38,201 nt of DNA from an uncultured Gammaproteobacteria bacterium (GCA_964360375.1 CAYHWG010000001.1:1-38201), one strand, 5' to 3'. Positions 24,273 to 33,772 are shown, counted from the first letter of the stretch. Notes: generated by a model not told the origin, from the sequence alone. A program made the numbers and translations.

Positions 24273-25325
24273 ATGTCACCAACCGTTTTTGTACATATTG
24301 TTGCATGGAATTCTCTTTCATTTCTTCCGGATCTTCTCGATTCGCTGTTTAAACAAACGTATACGGATTTTTCTGTCCTCGTGATTGATAATGGATCAAC
24401 AGACGGTGTTGGTGCGTTTTTAGAAGAAAAATATCCGAACGTGCGTTGTTTACGCAATGCACGAAATTTGGGATTTTCCGCCGCGCACAATCAAGGAATT
24501 CGTTATGTGATTGAGCATGTCGAACAAGATGCTTTGCGTGATAAATTTATTCTTGTCACGAATCCGGATATTATTTTTACTCCGACATTTTTGGAAGAAT
24601 TGATGCATGCTACCGAAGGGAAAGAACAAATCGGATCCTTTGGGGGGAAATTATTGCGTGCCTATGGGGACGGTGTTTCGGACGAGGCTCTCAAAAAAGC
24701 AATTCATTCAGATTTGATCGATTCAACAGGTTTGCAACTGCATAAAAATTTTACTTGTACAGACCGTGGTTCTGGAGAAATGGACAAAGGACAATATGAT
24801 GTTTCGGAAAACGTTTTTGGTATAACCGGAGCTCTTGTGCTGTATCGCGCAAGTACACTTCAACACATTCGTTTTAAGGATGAATTTTTTGATCATGATT
24901 TTTTTGCTTATAAAGAAGATGTGGATTTGGCTTGGCGCTTGCGACAAGCAGGTGTGGGCGCGTGGTATCAATCGACAGCGATCGCGTACCATTATCGCGG
25001 GATGTATGGTCAAGAAAAGATGGGATGGATCGATCGCCTACGTCATCGAAAATCGAAATCGCGTTTGCGGAGTTATTATTCTACAAGAAATCATTGGGCA
25101 ATGCTTTCAAAAAACATGGATATTTTTTCCTTTATCGTGTTTTTCCCGTATCTCTTTTTGACAGAGATGGCGCGATTTGTGTATGTGTTCTTTTTTGAAG
25201 GTTCAAATCGTCGTGCGATCGCGCATGCGATTTTATGGATTCCACGTATGTTTCAGAAACGTCGTTCGATGAAGAACATCAAAACTGTTTCTGTTTTTCG
25301 TTTGATGAAGCAATTTGCAAAATAG
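24273..25325 (+). CDS. Family-2 glycosyltransferase
   Basis: VHIVAWNS...FSVLVIDNGSTDG...NLGFSAAHNQG...YKEDVDLAWR. Confidence 0.75.
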   Translation: MSPTVFVHIVAWNSLSFLPDLLDSLFKQTYTDFSVLVIDNGSTDGVGAFLEEKYPNVRCLRNARNLGFSAAHNQGIRYVIEHVEQDALRDKFILVTNPDIIFTPTFLEELMHATEGKEQIGSFGGKLLRAYGDGVSDEALKKAIHSDLIDSTGLQLHKNFTCTDRGSGEMDKGQYDVSENVFGITGALVLYRASTLQHIRFKDEFFDHDFFAYKEDVDLAWRLRQAGVGAWYQSTAIAYHYRGMYGQEKMGWIDRLRHRKSKSRLRSYYSTRNHWAMLSKNMDIFSFIVFFPYLFLTEMARFVYVFFFEGSNRRAIAHAILWIPRMFQKRRSMKNIKTVSVFRLMKQFAK

Positions 25326-25326
25326 T

Positions 25327-26166
25327 ATGAAAAAGGATGTTTCTATTTTGATTGTACATTTCAATACACCACGACTTTTGCGTCAAACACTCAAAGGTAT
25401 TTTTTTGATGCGGACACAGGTCTCGTTTGAAGTGATCGTCATTGATAATAATCCGCTCATGCGTGTTTCGGAGATGATTCAAAAAGAATTTTCTGAAGTG
25501 AAATGGATTAGATCCGAAAAACATTTGGGATTTGGAGGAGGAATGAATCTCGCAATGCAACATGCGGTTGGGCGATATTTGTTTGTGTTTAATCCAGACA
25601 TTATTTTGCTCGACCATGTTCTTGATACGCTCACGGTTTACATGGACGGGGAGAACGATGTTGGCCTTGTCGCTCCGCGTCTTTCAAATCCGGACCACAG
25701 TTTGCAATACAGTTGTTATACATTCATGAAACCAGAAATCGTTTTGTATCGACGTTTGCCTTTTTTTTCCGAGACAACGTTTGCAAAAAAAGCGATTGAT
25801 ACCTATCTCATGAAAGAGTGGGATCATGCAGAATTGCGAGATGTGGATTATGTTCTTGGGGCCGCAATGTTTGTGCGGAGAAAAGCGTATGAAGACGTGG
25901 GAGGATTTGATCCAAAATTTTTTGTGTATTTTGAGGATCAGGATTGGTGTCGTCGTTTTTGGAAAGCGTCCTGGCGCGTTGTGTATTATCCAAAAGCAGA
26001 ATTATTGCATTATCATCGTCGAGAAACCGCTTCGGGTGGATTTATGGCGCAACTCTTGAATCCACTGACACGCATACAAATGCAAAGTGCGCTATACTAT
26101 TTTAGGAAGTATCGACGAGAAAAAAATCCTCGAGAGCAATTTTTTTTAACAACATTTCATAAGTAG
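25327..26166 (+). CDS. Family-2 glycosyltransferase
   Basis: VSILIVHFNT...FEVIVIDNNP...HLGFGGGMN...FEDQDWCRR. ATG 25327 chosen because it avoids overlap with the previous stop. Confidence 0.75.
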   Translation: MKKDVSILIVHFNTPRLLRQTLKGIFLMRTQVSFEVIVIDNNPLMRVSEMIQKEFSEVKWIRSEKHLGFGGGMNLAMQHAVGRYLFVFNPDIILLDHVLDTLTVYMDGENDVGLVAPRLSNPDHSLQYSCYTFMKPEIVLYRRLPFFSETTFAKKAIDTYLMKEWDHAELRDVDYVLGAAMFVRRKAYEDVGGFDPKFFVYFEDQDWCRRFWKASWRVVYYPKAELLHYHRRETASGGFMAQLLNPLTRIQMQSALYYFRKYRREKNPREQFFLTTFHK

Positions 26167-26169
26167 TGT

Positions 26170-28134
26170 GTGAAATATCGTCTCATTCACAAGATTTTTT
26201 TAGGAGGTCTCTTGTTTTTTTGTGTATGGTTTATCGCCTGTATTTTTTCGGCTGTGGTTATTTTTTCTCACGCGATAGAGGGTGTGAATACATTGCATCT
26301 TGTGAAATCGCAGATTCAAGAGGTTCAACTAAAAGAAGCATCTGTTTCTGTTTTGCATGCGCAGAAATCATTTCAAGATGCCGAAAAATATTTCCCTCTC
26401 TTTTTAACCGCACGTATCGTTCCTTTTGTTGGAACGTACGTTCGTTCGACACAAAGATTTGTTCAGATTGGGAATGATGTAACCGGTTCCCTTCATGCGC
26501 TTTTTGAAATCAAAGACAGTCTTTTGTCGTTATCCGGACTCACAGAGGAAAATGTGACAGATGCTCTTCAGGGAAATTCTGTCCGAGTGTCGTTTCATGA
26601 TTTACCTGCACAAACAAAACACCTTCTTCTTTCTCGCATCGAAGTCGCGGGAGAACAATCCAGTTTTTTATCGAATCGTCTCAGTATTGCACGCATGGAG
26701 CTTGATGCCCTTTCAAAAAAACAAGGCGGGTTCCCTTTTTTTTCATTGAGTGAAAAAATGCGCCTTGATCTTGAGAACGCACAAAAGACGATAGATCACG
26801 TTGCGCGTTTTGCCTCTCTTTTTCCTGCATTTTCGGGAATGGACGGGACAAGTCAATTTCTATTGTTGTTTTTAAATAATGCCGAACTAAGACCATCCGG
26901 CGGATTTGCGGGAAGTTATGGAATCGCTAAAGTGACAAAGGGGACTGTTGAATCGATAAAAACAGCGGATGTGTACGCTCTTGACCGTGCAGCCTCTCAA
27001 GTTGTGACGGAACCTGCTCCGTTCCCGTTGCAAAAATATAATGAAACACCTGTTTGGTTTTTTCGTGATGCAAATTGGTCGCCAGATTTTGTTGTGAGTG
27101 CGCAAAAATTTATGGAACTGTTTGTGCGAGAATCGAGCGTGCTTGCCACAGACGTACAAGAGATTATTCCATCTGCAAATAATCTTGATGGCGTGATTGC
27201 CTTTACACCACTTTTTATCATCGACGTCTTAAAAATTATCGGTCCTCTTACCGTTGGCGGTCAGACATTTACTTCTGAGAATATTTATTCAACCCTGGAA
27301 TATCAAGTCGAAAAAGGATTTGCCAAGCAAGGACTTCCTGAATCACAACGAAAAGAAGTGATTGGAGATTTGATGCAGGAGATGCTTGTAAAAGTATCTG
27401 ATCTTCCTTTGTCAGATTGGTTTCGTATTTTTAACGCAATAGAGCACGCGTTTCAAACACGTCAATTTTTTGTCTATCACGCAAATAAGGAAACGGAATC
27501 TATTTTAGAAAAAGTTGGATGGGCAGGAAATTATGTCTTGAACACACAAGATGTTCAACTTGTTGTTGATGCAAATCTTGCGAGTCTCAAAACAGATCCA
27601 TCCGTTGATCGAACTATCAAATACGCACTCTTCAAAAATACAAGCGGAGAATGGATAGGGCGTACAACTCTGACGTATAAGCATGTGGGTGCGTTTGATT
27701 GGAAAACATCACGATATCGAACCTACACACGATTATTTGTTCCAAAAGGTTCCGAATTGATTCGTGTCACAGGAGCTTTTCAAAATGATCGAATAAAAAA
27801 CCCTGAAAAAGACGTCGGGACTGCCGATATTTCAGAAGAACTAGGCATGACCGTTTTCGGAGCGTTTACATCGATCGAACCAGGGGAAACGCATGCATTA
27901 ATTTTTGAATATAAAATTGCGAATACTGTTAAAACGGCGATCGATCGAGGTTTTTACGATTTGACAGTGTTTCAACAAAACGGCGCCTTCAAAAAATCGT
28001 TGACGCTTGACCTGAATTTTGATACACAGGTGATGTACGCAACTCCTCCAGAGGATTCACGTGAATTGGGAGATAAGCATTATCGCTTGAACACTATTTT
28101 AGATCAGGATAAAAGGTTTGAAGTGGGTTTGTAA
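26170..28134 (+). CDS. DUF4012-like membrane-anchored protein
   Basis: N-terminal TM plus LLLFLNNAELRPSGGFAGSYG, remembered as the DUF4012 signature. Not verified. Confidence 0.6.
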   Translation: MKYRLIHKIFLGGLLFFCVWFIACIFSAVVIFSHAIEGVNTLHLVKSQIQEVQLKEASVSVLHAQKSFQDAEKYFPLFLTARIVPFVGTYVRSTQRFVQIGNDVTGSLHALFEIKDSLLSLSGLTEENVTDALQGNSVRVSFHDLPAQTKHLLLSRIEVAGEQSSFLSNRLSIARMELDALSKKQGGFPFFSLSEKMRLDLENAQKTIDHVARFASLFPAFSGMDGTSQFLLLFLNNAELRPSGGFAGSYGIAKVTKGTVESIKTADVYALDRAASQVVTEPAPFPLQKYNETPVWFFRDANWSPDFVVSAQKFMELFVRESSVLATDVQEIIPSANNLDGVIAFTPLFIIDVLKIIGPLTVGGQTFTSENIYSTLEYQVEKGFAKQGLPESQRKEVIGDLMQEMLVKVSDLPLSDWFRIFNAIEHAFQTRQFFVYHANKETESILEKVGWAGNYVLNTQDVQLVVDANLASLKTDPSVDRTIKYALFKNTSGEWIGRTTLTYKHVGAFDWKTSRYRTYTRLFVPKGSELIRVTGAFQNDRIKNPEKDVGTADISEELGMTVFGAFTSIEPGETHALIFEYKIANTVKTAIDRGFYDLTVFQQNGAFKKSLTLDLNFDTQVMYATPPEDSRELGDKHYRLNTILDQDKRFEVGL

Positions 28135-28136
28135 AT

Positions 28137-29141
28137 ATGTTCGCAAAAAAAATTGGGATTGATCTTGGGACAACGACCGTTTTGGTCTATGTCCCAAAGC
28201 GGGGGATCATTATTCACGAACCTTCGGTCGTGGCGGTTTCGTATACGGATAAAAAAGTTTTAGCGGTCGGAAAAGAAGCAAAAGACATGCTTGGGAGAAC
28301 ACCAGACACCATCATTGCGCGTCGTCCGCTTAAAGACGGTGTGATCGCAGATTATCGAACGACAGAAGCGATGTTGCGATATTTTATTAACAAAGCTCTC
28401 GGAGGATTTCGATTATTTCGTCCAGAAGTTATGGTGGCTGTTCCGGGCGGAATTACGTCCGTTGAGCGTCGTGCGGTGATTGATGCGACTCTTGCTGCGG
28501 GGGCAAAGGCGGCTTACATCATCAAAGAACCAATTGTTGCTGCGATTGGTGCCAATATTCCGATCGGTTCACCAAGCGGCCACATGATTATTGATATTGG
28601 CGGTGGAACCTCTGAAATGGCGGTGATTTCTCTTGGGGGAATTGTTGCTTCTGAATCTGTGCGAATTGGCGGGGTAAAATTTGATGCGGCCATTTCAGAA
28701 TATATTCGTCGAAAATACGGACTCGCGATTGGAGAACGCACCGCAGAAGATATTAAAATTCAAATCGGAGCCGCCATGTTTTTGTCTGATAAATTGACCA
28801 TGGAGGTGAAAGGACGCGATATGATCACAGGGCTTCCAAAAATTATTGAAGTTACATCTGATGATGTAACAACCGCTATTCAAAATGAATTAGAGGGAAT
28901 CGTCGCAACCGTGAAAGAAGTTTTACACAAAACGCCACCGGAGCTTTCTGCAGATGTGATGGATCGCGGAATTGTTCTTTCTGGAGGTTCGTCACAACTA
29001 CGTAGTCTTGATACGTTGATTGCAGAAGCAACAGGAGTCCCGACGTTCCTTGCCGAGGATCCACAACAGTGTGTTGCAAAGGGTACCGGTATTGCACTTG
29101 AGAATCTTGAGGCGTATAAGCGAAGTATTTTTACAAGCTAA
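28137..29141 (+). CDS. mreB: Rod-shape-determining actin homolog MreB
   Basis: IGIDLGTTTVLVYV, HEPSVVA, IIDIGGGTSEMAVISLGG, GIVLSGGSSQLRSLD. Confidence 0.9.
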   Translation: MFAKKIGIDLGTTTVLVYVPKRGIIIHEPSVVAVSYTDKKVLAVGKEAKDMLGRTPDTIIARRPLKDGVIADYRTTEAMLRYFINKALGGFRLFRPEVMVAVPGGITSVERRAVIDATLAAGAKAAYIIKEPIVAAIGANIPIGSPSGHMIIDIGGGTSEMAVISLGGIVASESVRIGGVKFDAAISEYIRRKYGLAIGERTAEDIKIQIGAAMFLSDKLTMEVKGRDMITGLPKIIEVTSDDVTTAIQNELEGIVATVKEVLHKTPPELSADVMDRGIVLSGGSSQLRSLDTLIAEATGVPTFLAEDPQQCVAKGTGIALENLEAYKRSIFTS

Positions 29142-29151
29142 GAAACATAAG

Positions 29152-29252
29152 AGTTATGAAGTTATGGAGTTATGAAGTCTTGGATGGTGTGTTTTTTAAA
29201 AAGGAAAAAACTTTCCAATACATTCATTTCATAACCCCACCACTCCATAACT
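29152..29252. repeat. Octamer repeats AGTTATGR x3 with inverted copies (tcataacc, ccataact) forming a long hairpin
   Basis: agttatga agttatgg agttatga at 29152-29175. Inverted units at 29229-29236 and 29245-29252. Confidence 0.6.
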
Positions 29253-29260
29253 TTTGTCTT

Positions 29261-30427
29261 ATGTCTTTAAACCTGCTCCCTTTAACCCGACCCATTATCT
29301 ATGCCATCGACGCTTGGTCCGCGAATCAAAAAAAGAAGTCCGGAGTTGAGACGTACGCATATCAACTGATTCAGACGATGAAACAACATCCGCTTGAGCA
29401 AAACGAGCGTGTTGTTTTGTATTCGCCAACGAAACTTCAAGGCCCACTCGCAGAATTACCAAATGGGTGGGAAGAAAAAACATTATCGTGGCCGTTTCGG
29501 TTTGGATGGATGCAAGGACGTGTGAGTTTAGAATTATTTCGTAGACCACCAAGTGTGTTCTTTGTTCCCGCACAAGGAATTCCACGACGACTTCCGACGG
29601 TTTCCTGTCCGATTGTGACAACGATTCATGATGTTGGTTTTGCACGAAGACCAGATTTGTATGATGCGGCATCTCGCAAACGTTTAGTAAAATTGACCAA
29701 GCGATCTGTTCGAAATGCATCACATCTCATCACCATTTCCGAATTTTCGAAGTCCGAGATTGTATCGATATATCGTGTTTCACCTGATCGCATCACAACA
29801 ACACATCTTGCTGCCGACACATCCATCTACAAGCAACTCTCACAAGAAGAGATCGAACCTGTGCTAGAGCGAAATCGACTCGGAAAACATTTTTTCTTGT
29901 ATGTGGGACGTCTTGATCAAAAGAAAAATGTGGAAACCATCATTCGCGCATTTGATCAATTCAAACTTGATCGCGGAGTTGGGGATCCGTACGAACTTGT
30001 TTTAGTGGGGGAGCCAGGTTTTGGTTTTGCTTCCATGAAAAATTGGATCGATCATGCACGTTCTAAAGATCAAATCCACACGCTCGGATATCTCGAAACA
30101 TCAGATATTGCCGCGCTCATGAATGCTGCGACCGCTTTTTTGTTTCCTTCTTGGTACGAAGGATTCGGCATTCCAAATTTGGAGGCGCTTGCGTGCGGAG
30201 CTCCGCTTATTCTTTCGGATATTCCAGCGCATCGTGAAGTGATTGGTGATGCGGGATTATTTGTTTCTCCCGAAAATGCGGATGCGTTTGCAAAAGCAAT
30301 GAAACAAATCGTCGAGGATCCTACGTTCAAAGAGACATTGAATCAAAAAGGGCTTGCGCGCACGGCTCTTTTTGATTGGAAAAAGACGGCTGAGAAAACA
30401 TGGGAAGTTCTAAAGGGTCTGGTATAA
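29261..30427 (+). CDS. GT4-type (group 1) glycosyltransferase
   Basis: FFLYVGRLDQKKNV and PSWYEGFGIPNLEALACGAPLILSDI (EX7E region). Start trimmed to ATG 29261. Confidence 0.8.
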   Translation: MSLNLLPLTRPIIYAIDAWSANQKKKSGVETYAYQLIQTMKQHPLEQNERVVLYSPTKLQGPLAELPNGWEEKTLSWPFRFGWMQGRVSLELFRRPPSVFFVPAQGIPRRLPTVSCPIVTTIHDVGFARRPDLYDAASRKRLVKLTKRSVRNASHLITISEFSKSEIVSIYRVSPDRITTTHLAADTSIYKQLSQEEIEPVLERNRLGKHFFLYVGRLDQKKNVETIIRAFDQFKLDRGVGDPYELVLVGEPGFGFASMKNWIDHARSKDQIHTLGYLETSDIAALMNAATAFLFPSWYEGFGIPNLEALACGAPLILSDIPAHREVIGDAGLFVSPENADAFAKAMKQIVEDPTFKETLNQKGLARTALFDWKKTAEKTWEVLKGLV

Positions 30428-30436
30428 TTCATTTGT

Positions 30437-31210
30437 ATGGATAAACTTCTTTTGGAACTCACTCATCTTGGCCTCTCAGAAAAAGAGGCGCTCGTTTATC
30501 TCTCAGCGATTGAACTTGGGCCAGCGCCTGTACAAGATATTTCGCATAAAGCAAAAGTGAACCGTGCGACAACGTATGTGATGATTGAATCGCTCAGTTC
30601 ACGCGGTCTCATGTCTACGTTTGTGAAAGGAAAGAAACGGTTTTATTCAGCAGAAAGCCCAGATCGTTTATTGTCTATTTTGCAAGTTCAAAAACAAGAA
30701 TTAGAAGTCAAACAAAGCGAATTAGAAAAAACATTGCCGATGTTGCTCGCCCTTTTTAATGCAGAAGGGGCAAAGCCACAGATTCGTTATATTGAAGGAC
30801 CAGAAGGTTTGCAAACGATGCGTGAATCGTTTGAAAAAATGGAGGGGGAGTTTATTCAAATTGTCTGCGTCGATGAAGCACAAACTATGAAGGAGATGAT
30901 GCAAGATCATCCGCGTCATGCCGCTTCGTTACACGAAAAGAAAACACCTCATCGGATCATTGCGGTTATGGATAAAAAAACACATTTGGATATTCCGCAC
31001 GTCGGCGTCGGTGAAATTCGTTGTGTGCCATTATCCGAGTTTCCTTTGCACGGAGAAATAACCGTTCGTGGAAATCATGTGTATCTGTTTTCGTATCGTT
31101 CCGCTATTTTGTCGATTGTGGTCGTAAGTAAAGAAATGGCCGATGCTGTGCGTGCTCTTTTTGATCTCGCCTGGAAAGGAGCAGAGTCCTATATTTCTGT
31201 AAAGCGCTAA
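30437..31210 (+). CDS. TrmB-family transcriptional regulator
   Basis: LGLSEKEALVYLSAIELGPAPVQDISHKAKVNRATTYVMIESLSSRGL. Confidence 0.7.
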   Translation: MDKLLLELTHLGLSEKEALVYLSAIELGPAPVQDISHKAKVNRATTYVMIESLSSRGLMSTFVKGKKRFYSAESPDRLLSILQVQKQELEVKQSELEKTLPMLLALFNAEGAKPQIRYIEGPEGLQTMRESFEKMEGEFIQIVCVDEAQTMKEMMQDHPRHAASLHEKKTPHRIIAVMDKKTHLDIPHVGVGEIRCVPLSEFPLHGEITVRGNHVYLFSYRSAILSIVVVSKEMADAVRALFDLAWKGAESYISVKR

Positions 31211-31213
31211 ATA

Positions 31214-31353
31214 GAGACCTTTGAAAAACTTATATTTTGTCATTGCGAGGAGTTAGACGACGAAGCAATCCTTGCATTTTGGACAAAAAGATTGCTTCGT
31301 TGTCGATGACTCCTCCTCGCAATGACACAATTTTTTAGTTTTGCAACGGTCTC
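31214..31353. repeat. Full-length MITE-like gtcattgcgag element (left border of island 2)
   Basis: Outer arms gagacctttgaaaaact / agttttgcaacggtctc. Inner arms tgtcattgcgagg / cctcgcaatgaca. Confidence 0.8.
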
Positions 31354-31355
31354 AT

Positions 31356-31383
31356 AAAAAAAACCACCTGTTGTGATGGGTGG
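31356..31383 (-). terminator. Terminator-like hairpin with T8 on the minus strand
   Basis: Minus sense reads ccacc-catcacaaca-ggtgg then tttttttt. Confidence 0.45.
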
Positions 31384-31816
31384 AGTGAGAGCAGCGAAGA
31401 TTGGAGAGAGGGCCATTCTGTTTTGTGTTGAACGCCTATGCATTCGAGAAAACAGGAACGGTTCGGTTTTTTCACGAACATCGGGCGAGGTCAAGAAACG
31501 GTTCGGTTCGGGAATGGGACTGTTTTTACGTTGCGAGAGTCGCTAGCCACCACCTACATTGCAGTGCATATTTGGCCTGATTGCTATGGGATCTTCAAGG
31601 AGGTTCATCCTCGAATACGCATAGAGGCACACAATACGTTGGGCTTTTGCGCTCATCTCGCACTCGATAAAAACAGAAACCATGCTTTCATTCCTTATCC
31701 GTTGGTTTTCGACACTTCGCCGATTAAGCCCTCCTCCTTTCGATTGGAGAAGATAATCAATCTATCAGTTTTAGATGAAAATGTCAAGGTATTATGTTGT
31801 CGAAAGGTAACAAAAA

Positions 31817-31844
31817 AGACGTCCGATAAAGGATGTCTTTTTTT
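31817..31844. terminator. Bidirectional terminator-like hairpin
   Basis: aaaaaagacgtcc-gataaa-ggatgtcttttttt: 8-bp stem, A-run and T-run on either side. Confidence 0.5.
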
Positions 31845-32204
31845 GAGGGAGAGATTTGGTCTTTCGACCGGCGCAGGACACAAGAGAGATAGATATTATG
31901 TCACATGCCGGTCGAAAGCAATTTGGGTACGATGATTCTAGCTATGAAGTATTTTATTTTCAGACCTCACCAAAATAATCTGATGGTTTCTGAAGATCGT
32001 ACAACGGATGCTTACAGGCTAATGCCCATAAACATCCGTTGCACAGCACATTTTTTGAGAGTTTTTTTGATTTTTTTGTTAAAAAATCTGGCGAGTATTC
32101 AGCATCGGACTTGTCAGGAAAACACGATTCCCTTTCACATAAGCATGAGGGTTCGCTGTGTCATCAAACCTCCATGCTCGTATCCGTTGAAGAATAACGA
32201 GCTG

Positions 32205-32339
32205 TTATTGAAAGAAGATCAGGACGACTACACCGATGATATACGCACCGGTGATGTACGGCATGATGTTTCCGAACCAGACGTGTCCGGCAAACCGCGA
32301 GTCGATTCCCGCATCCTCACATTCCTTTTTCGTCAACAC
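32205..32339 (-). CDS. 44-aa peptide with one C-terminal TM helix (candidate small membrane protein/toxin)
   Basis: Hand translation: (V/M)LTKKECEDAGIDSRFAGHVWFGNIMPYITGAYIIGVVVLIFFQ*. GGAGG lies 4 nt before GTG 32339 (TTG 32336 alternative). Below the ORF-track length cutoff. Confidence 0.4.
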   Translation of the reverse strand: MLTKKECEDAGIDSRFAGHVWFGNIMPYITGAYIIGVVVLIFFQ

Positions 32340-32392
32340 ATGACCTCCAACAGGCGATTGAATCGCCATTTTTTTTGTTTATTTTCCGCGAT

Positions 32393-32590
32393 CCACACAT
32401 CCGGAGGGTAAAGTGATTCAGTGACCTGTCTTTCGACTGGTATGGATCGTGGACATCGTTTTGTATGGAACCAGTCAGCCTCGTCTGCTGGTAGGCAGAT
32501 TTCGCCGAGTGATTTCATTTGATGTCCACCGCTCATGTTGTTCCAAGGGAACTCCGCGAGACGGCATTACTCTCTCCTCCGTGTGTGTGG
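32393..32590 (-). ncRNA. Pseudoknotted structured RNA motif, copy 1 (198 nt)
   Basis: Shares invariant blocks and compensated helices with copy 2 (34288-34461). GAAA tetraloop in minus sense. Confidence 0.6.
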
Positions 32591-32718
32591 AGCAGAAATG
32601 AGAAGATGAAATTTGGAATACTCGATTTAAAGAACGGTTTTTTGAGCATTCCAAATCTCATGTTCCAAATTATTTTGTTTCTCTCAGATGTCACGAGCAA
32701 GCTCATGATCTCTGGGGG

Positions 32719-32766
32719 AAAAGGGGACGGAAGTCATCGCGAAGATCTGCGATTCGTTCCGTCCCC
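32719..32766 (-). terminator. Terminator-like hairpin after the 311-aa gene
   Basis: Minus sense: ggggacggaa-(24-nt palindromic loop)-ttccgtcccc then tttt. Confidence 0.5.
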
Positions 32767-32836
32767 TCAAGACCGTTCTTTAGATCGCTGGAATTTTGCG
32801 ATAACTCTGATGCGTTCAGAGATGTGCCGTGCGTGT

Positions 32837-33772
32837 CTACTTGACCAAGTGGCCGAACAGGGTCGGACTCACGAAAGCCAAGGCTTCGGCGAGCGGGGTC
32901 AACTCCAGACGGCGGTCGTAGTACACGCTGCGAGCCTGACTCGCGGGCACGGCGAACTTGCACAACAGGGCCGGGCTCATGGGTTCGCCGCGGGCGTTGA
33001 ACAGGACGTACTTGCTCGGGGGCACCACAGCCTCCGAAACGAGCACGACCTGCGCATTGTCGCCGCGACCAACCTTGCACCAGTACCCGTTCCCCGTGGC
33101 GTACACGATCGAACGTCCCATGTTGGCTTCCGCTTCTGCCTTCTCCTCCTGGTACAGCAGCTCGTTTGCCTTCGTCCGCGCCTCGAACTCTTCTGCCTTC
33201 TGGTACTCGCGCACCATGTTGCAGGCGTGTTCCGGCTTCTCGAACGCTTGCCACGCGCAGCTCCGGTGCACCGCGACCTTGGACAGGTCTTCGGTCATGA
33301 GCGTGCACGAGACATGCAAGTCAAGCTTCTGCTTCGCGAGCCACGGGATCGGGGCCAGGAACGCACCGAGCGGGCCCTTGCGCGGCTTGTTCGAGTTTGC
33401 ACACGAACCGCACGTGCAGGTGAGGACGATCTCGGCCTTGGCTTCGGCGACGACAGGCGTCTCCTCAACCTTGGTTTCGACCTTCTCGGCCTGTTCGACT
33501 TCGACGAGCGCGGGCAACAACTTTTCCGTGACATCCGACGAAGCATTGGTGGCCATGAAGGCTGCCTTGTCCTCGACCGTGACGCGGCTGAAGTAGTCGT
33601 CGAGCTTCGCGAGACCGTTCACACCGTGACCCTTGCCGATCCACGCCGTCTCCAAACCATGCTTGACGCACAGTTCGGTGACCATCGCAGTGAGCTGAGC
33701 TTTGTGGCTCTTCTTGCTGCTGGTCGTTGCGACGGTGGTGACGGGGGCGACGGACTGAGTGATGTTCGACAT
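32837..33772 (-). CDS. Orphan 311-aa protein encoded in a G+C-rich island
   Basis: Start set at ATG 33772, preceded by AGGAG 7 nt upstream. Balanced K/E/A/V composition, unlike the Arg/Leu/Gly-rich antisense ORFs. No recognisable family. Confidence 0.6.
   Translation of the reverse strand: MSNITQSVAPVTTVATTSSKKSHKAQLTAMVTELCVKHGLETAWIGKGHGVNGLAKLDDYFSRVTVEDKAAFMATNASSDVTEKLLPALVEVEQAEKVETKVEETPVVAEAKAEIVLTCTCGSCANSNKPRKGPLGAFLAPIPWLAKQKLDLHVSCTLMTEDLSKVAVHRSCAWQAFEKPEHACNMVREYQKAEEFEARTKANELLYQEEKAEAEANMGRSIVYATGNGYWCKVGRGDNAQVVLVSEAVVPPSKYVLFNARGEPMSPALLCKFAVPASQARSVYYDRRLELTPLAEALAFVSPTLFGHLVK

Noticed and set aside
31438-32411. 165-aa and 168-aa plus-strand ORFs in the non-coding part of island 2
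   Set aside because: They have no RBS, run through terminator hairpins and through the small minus-strand ORF and RNA motif, and have a Cys/Arg/His-rich odd composition.
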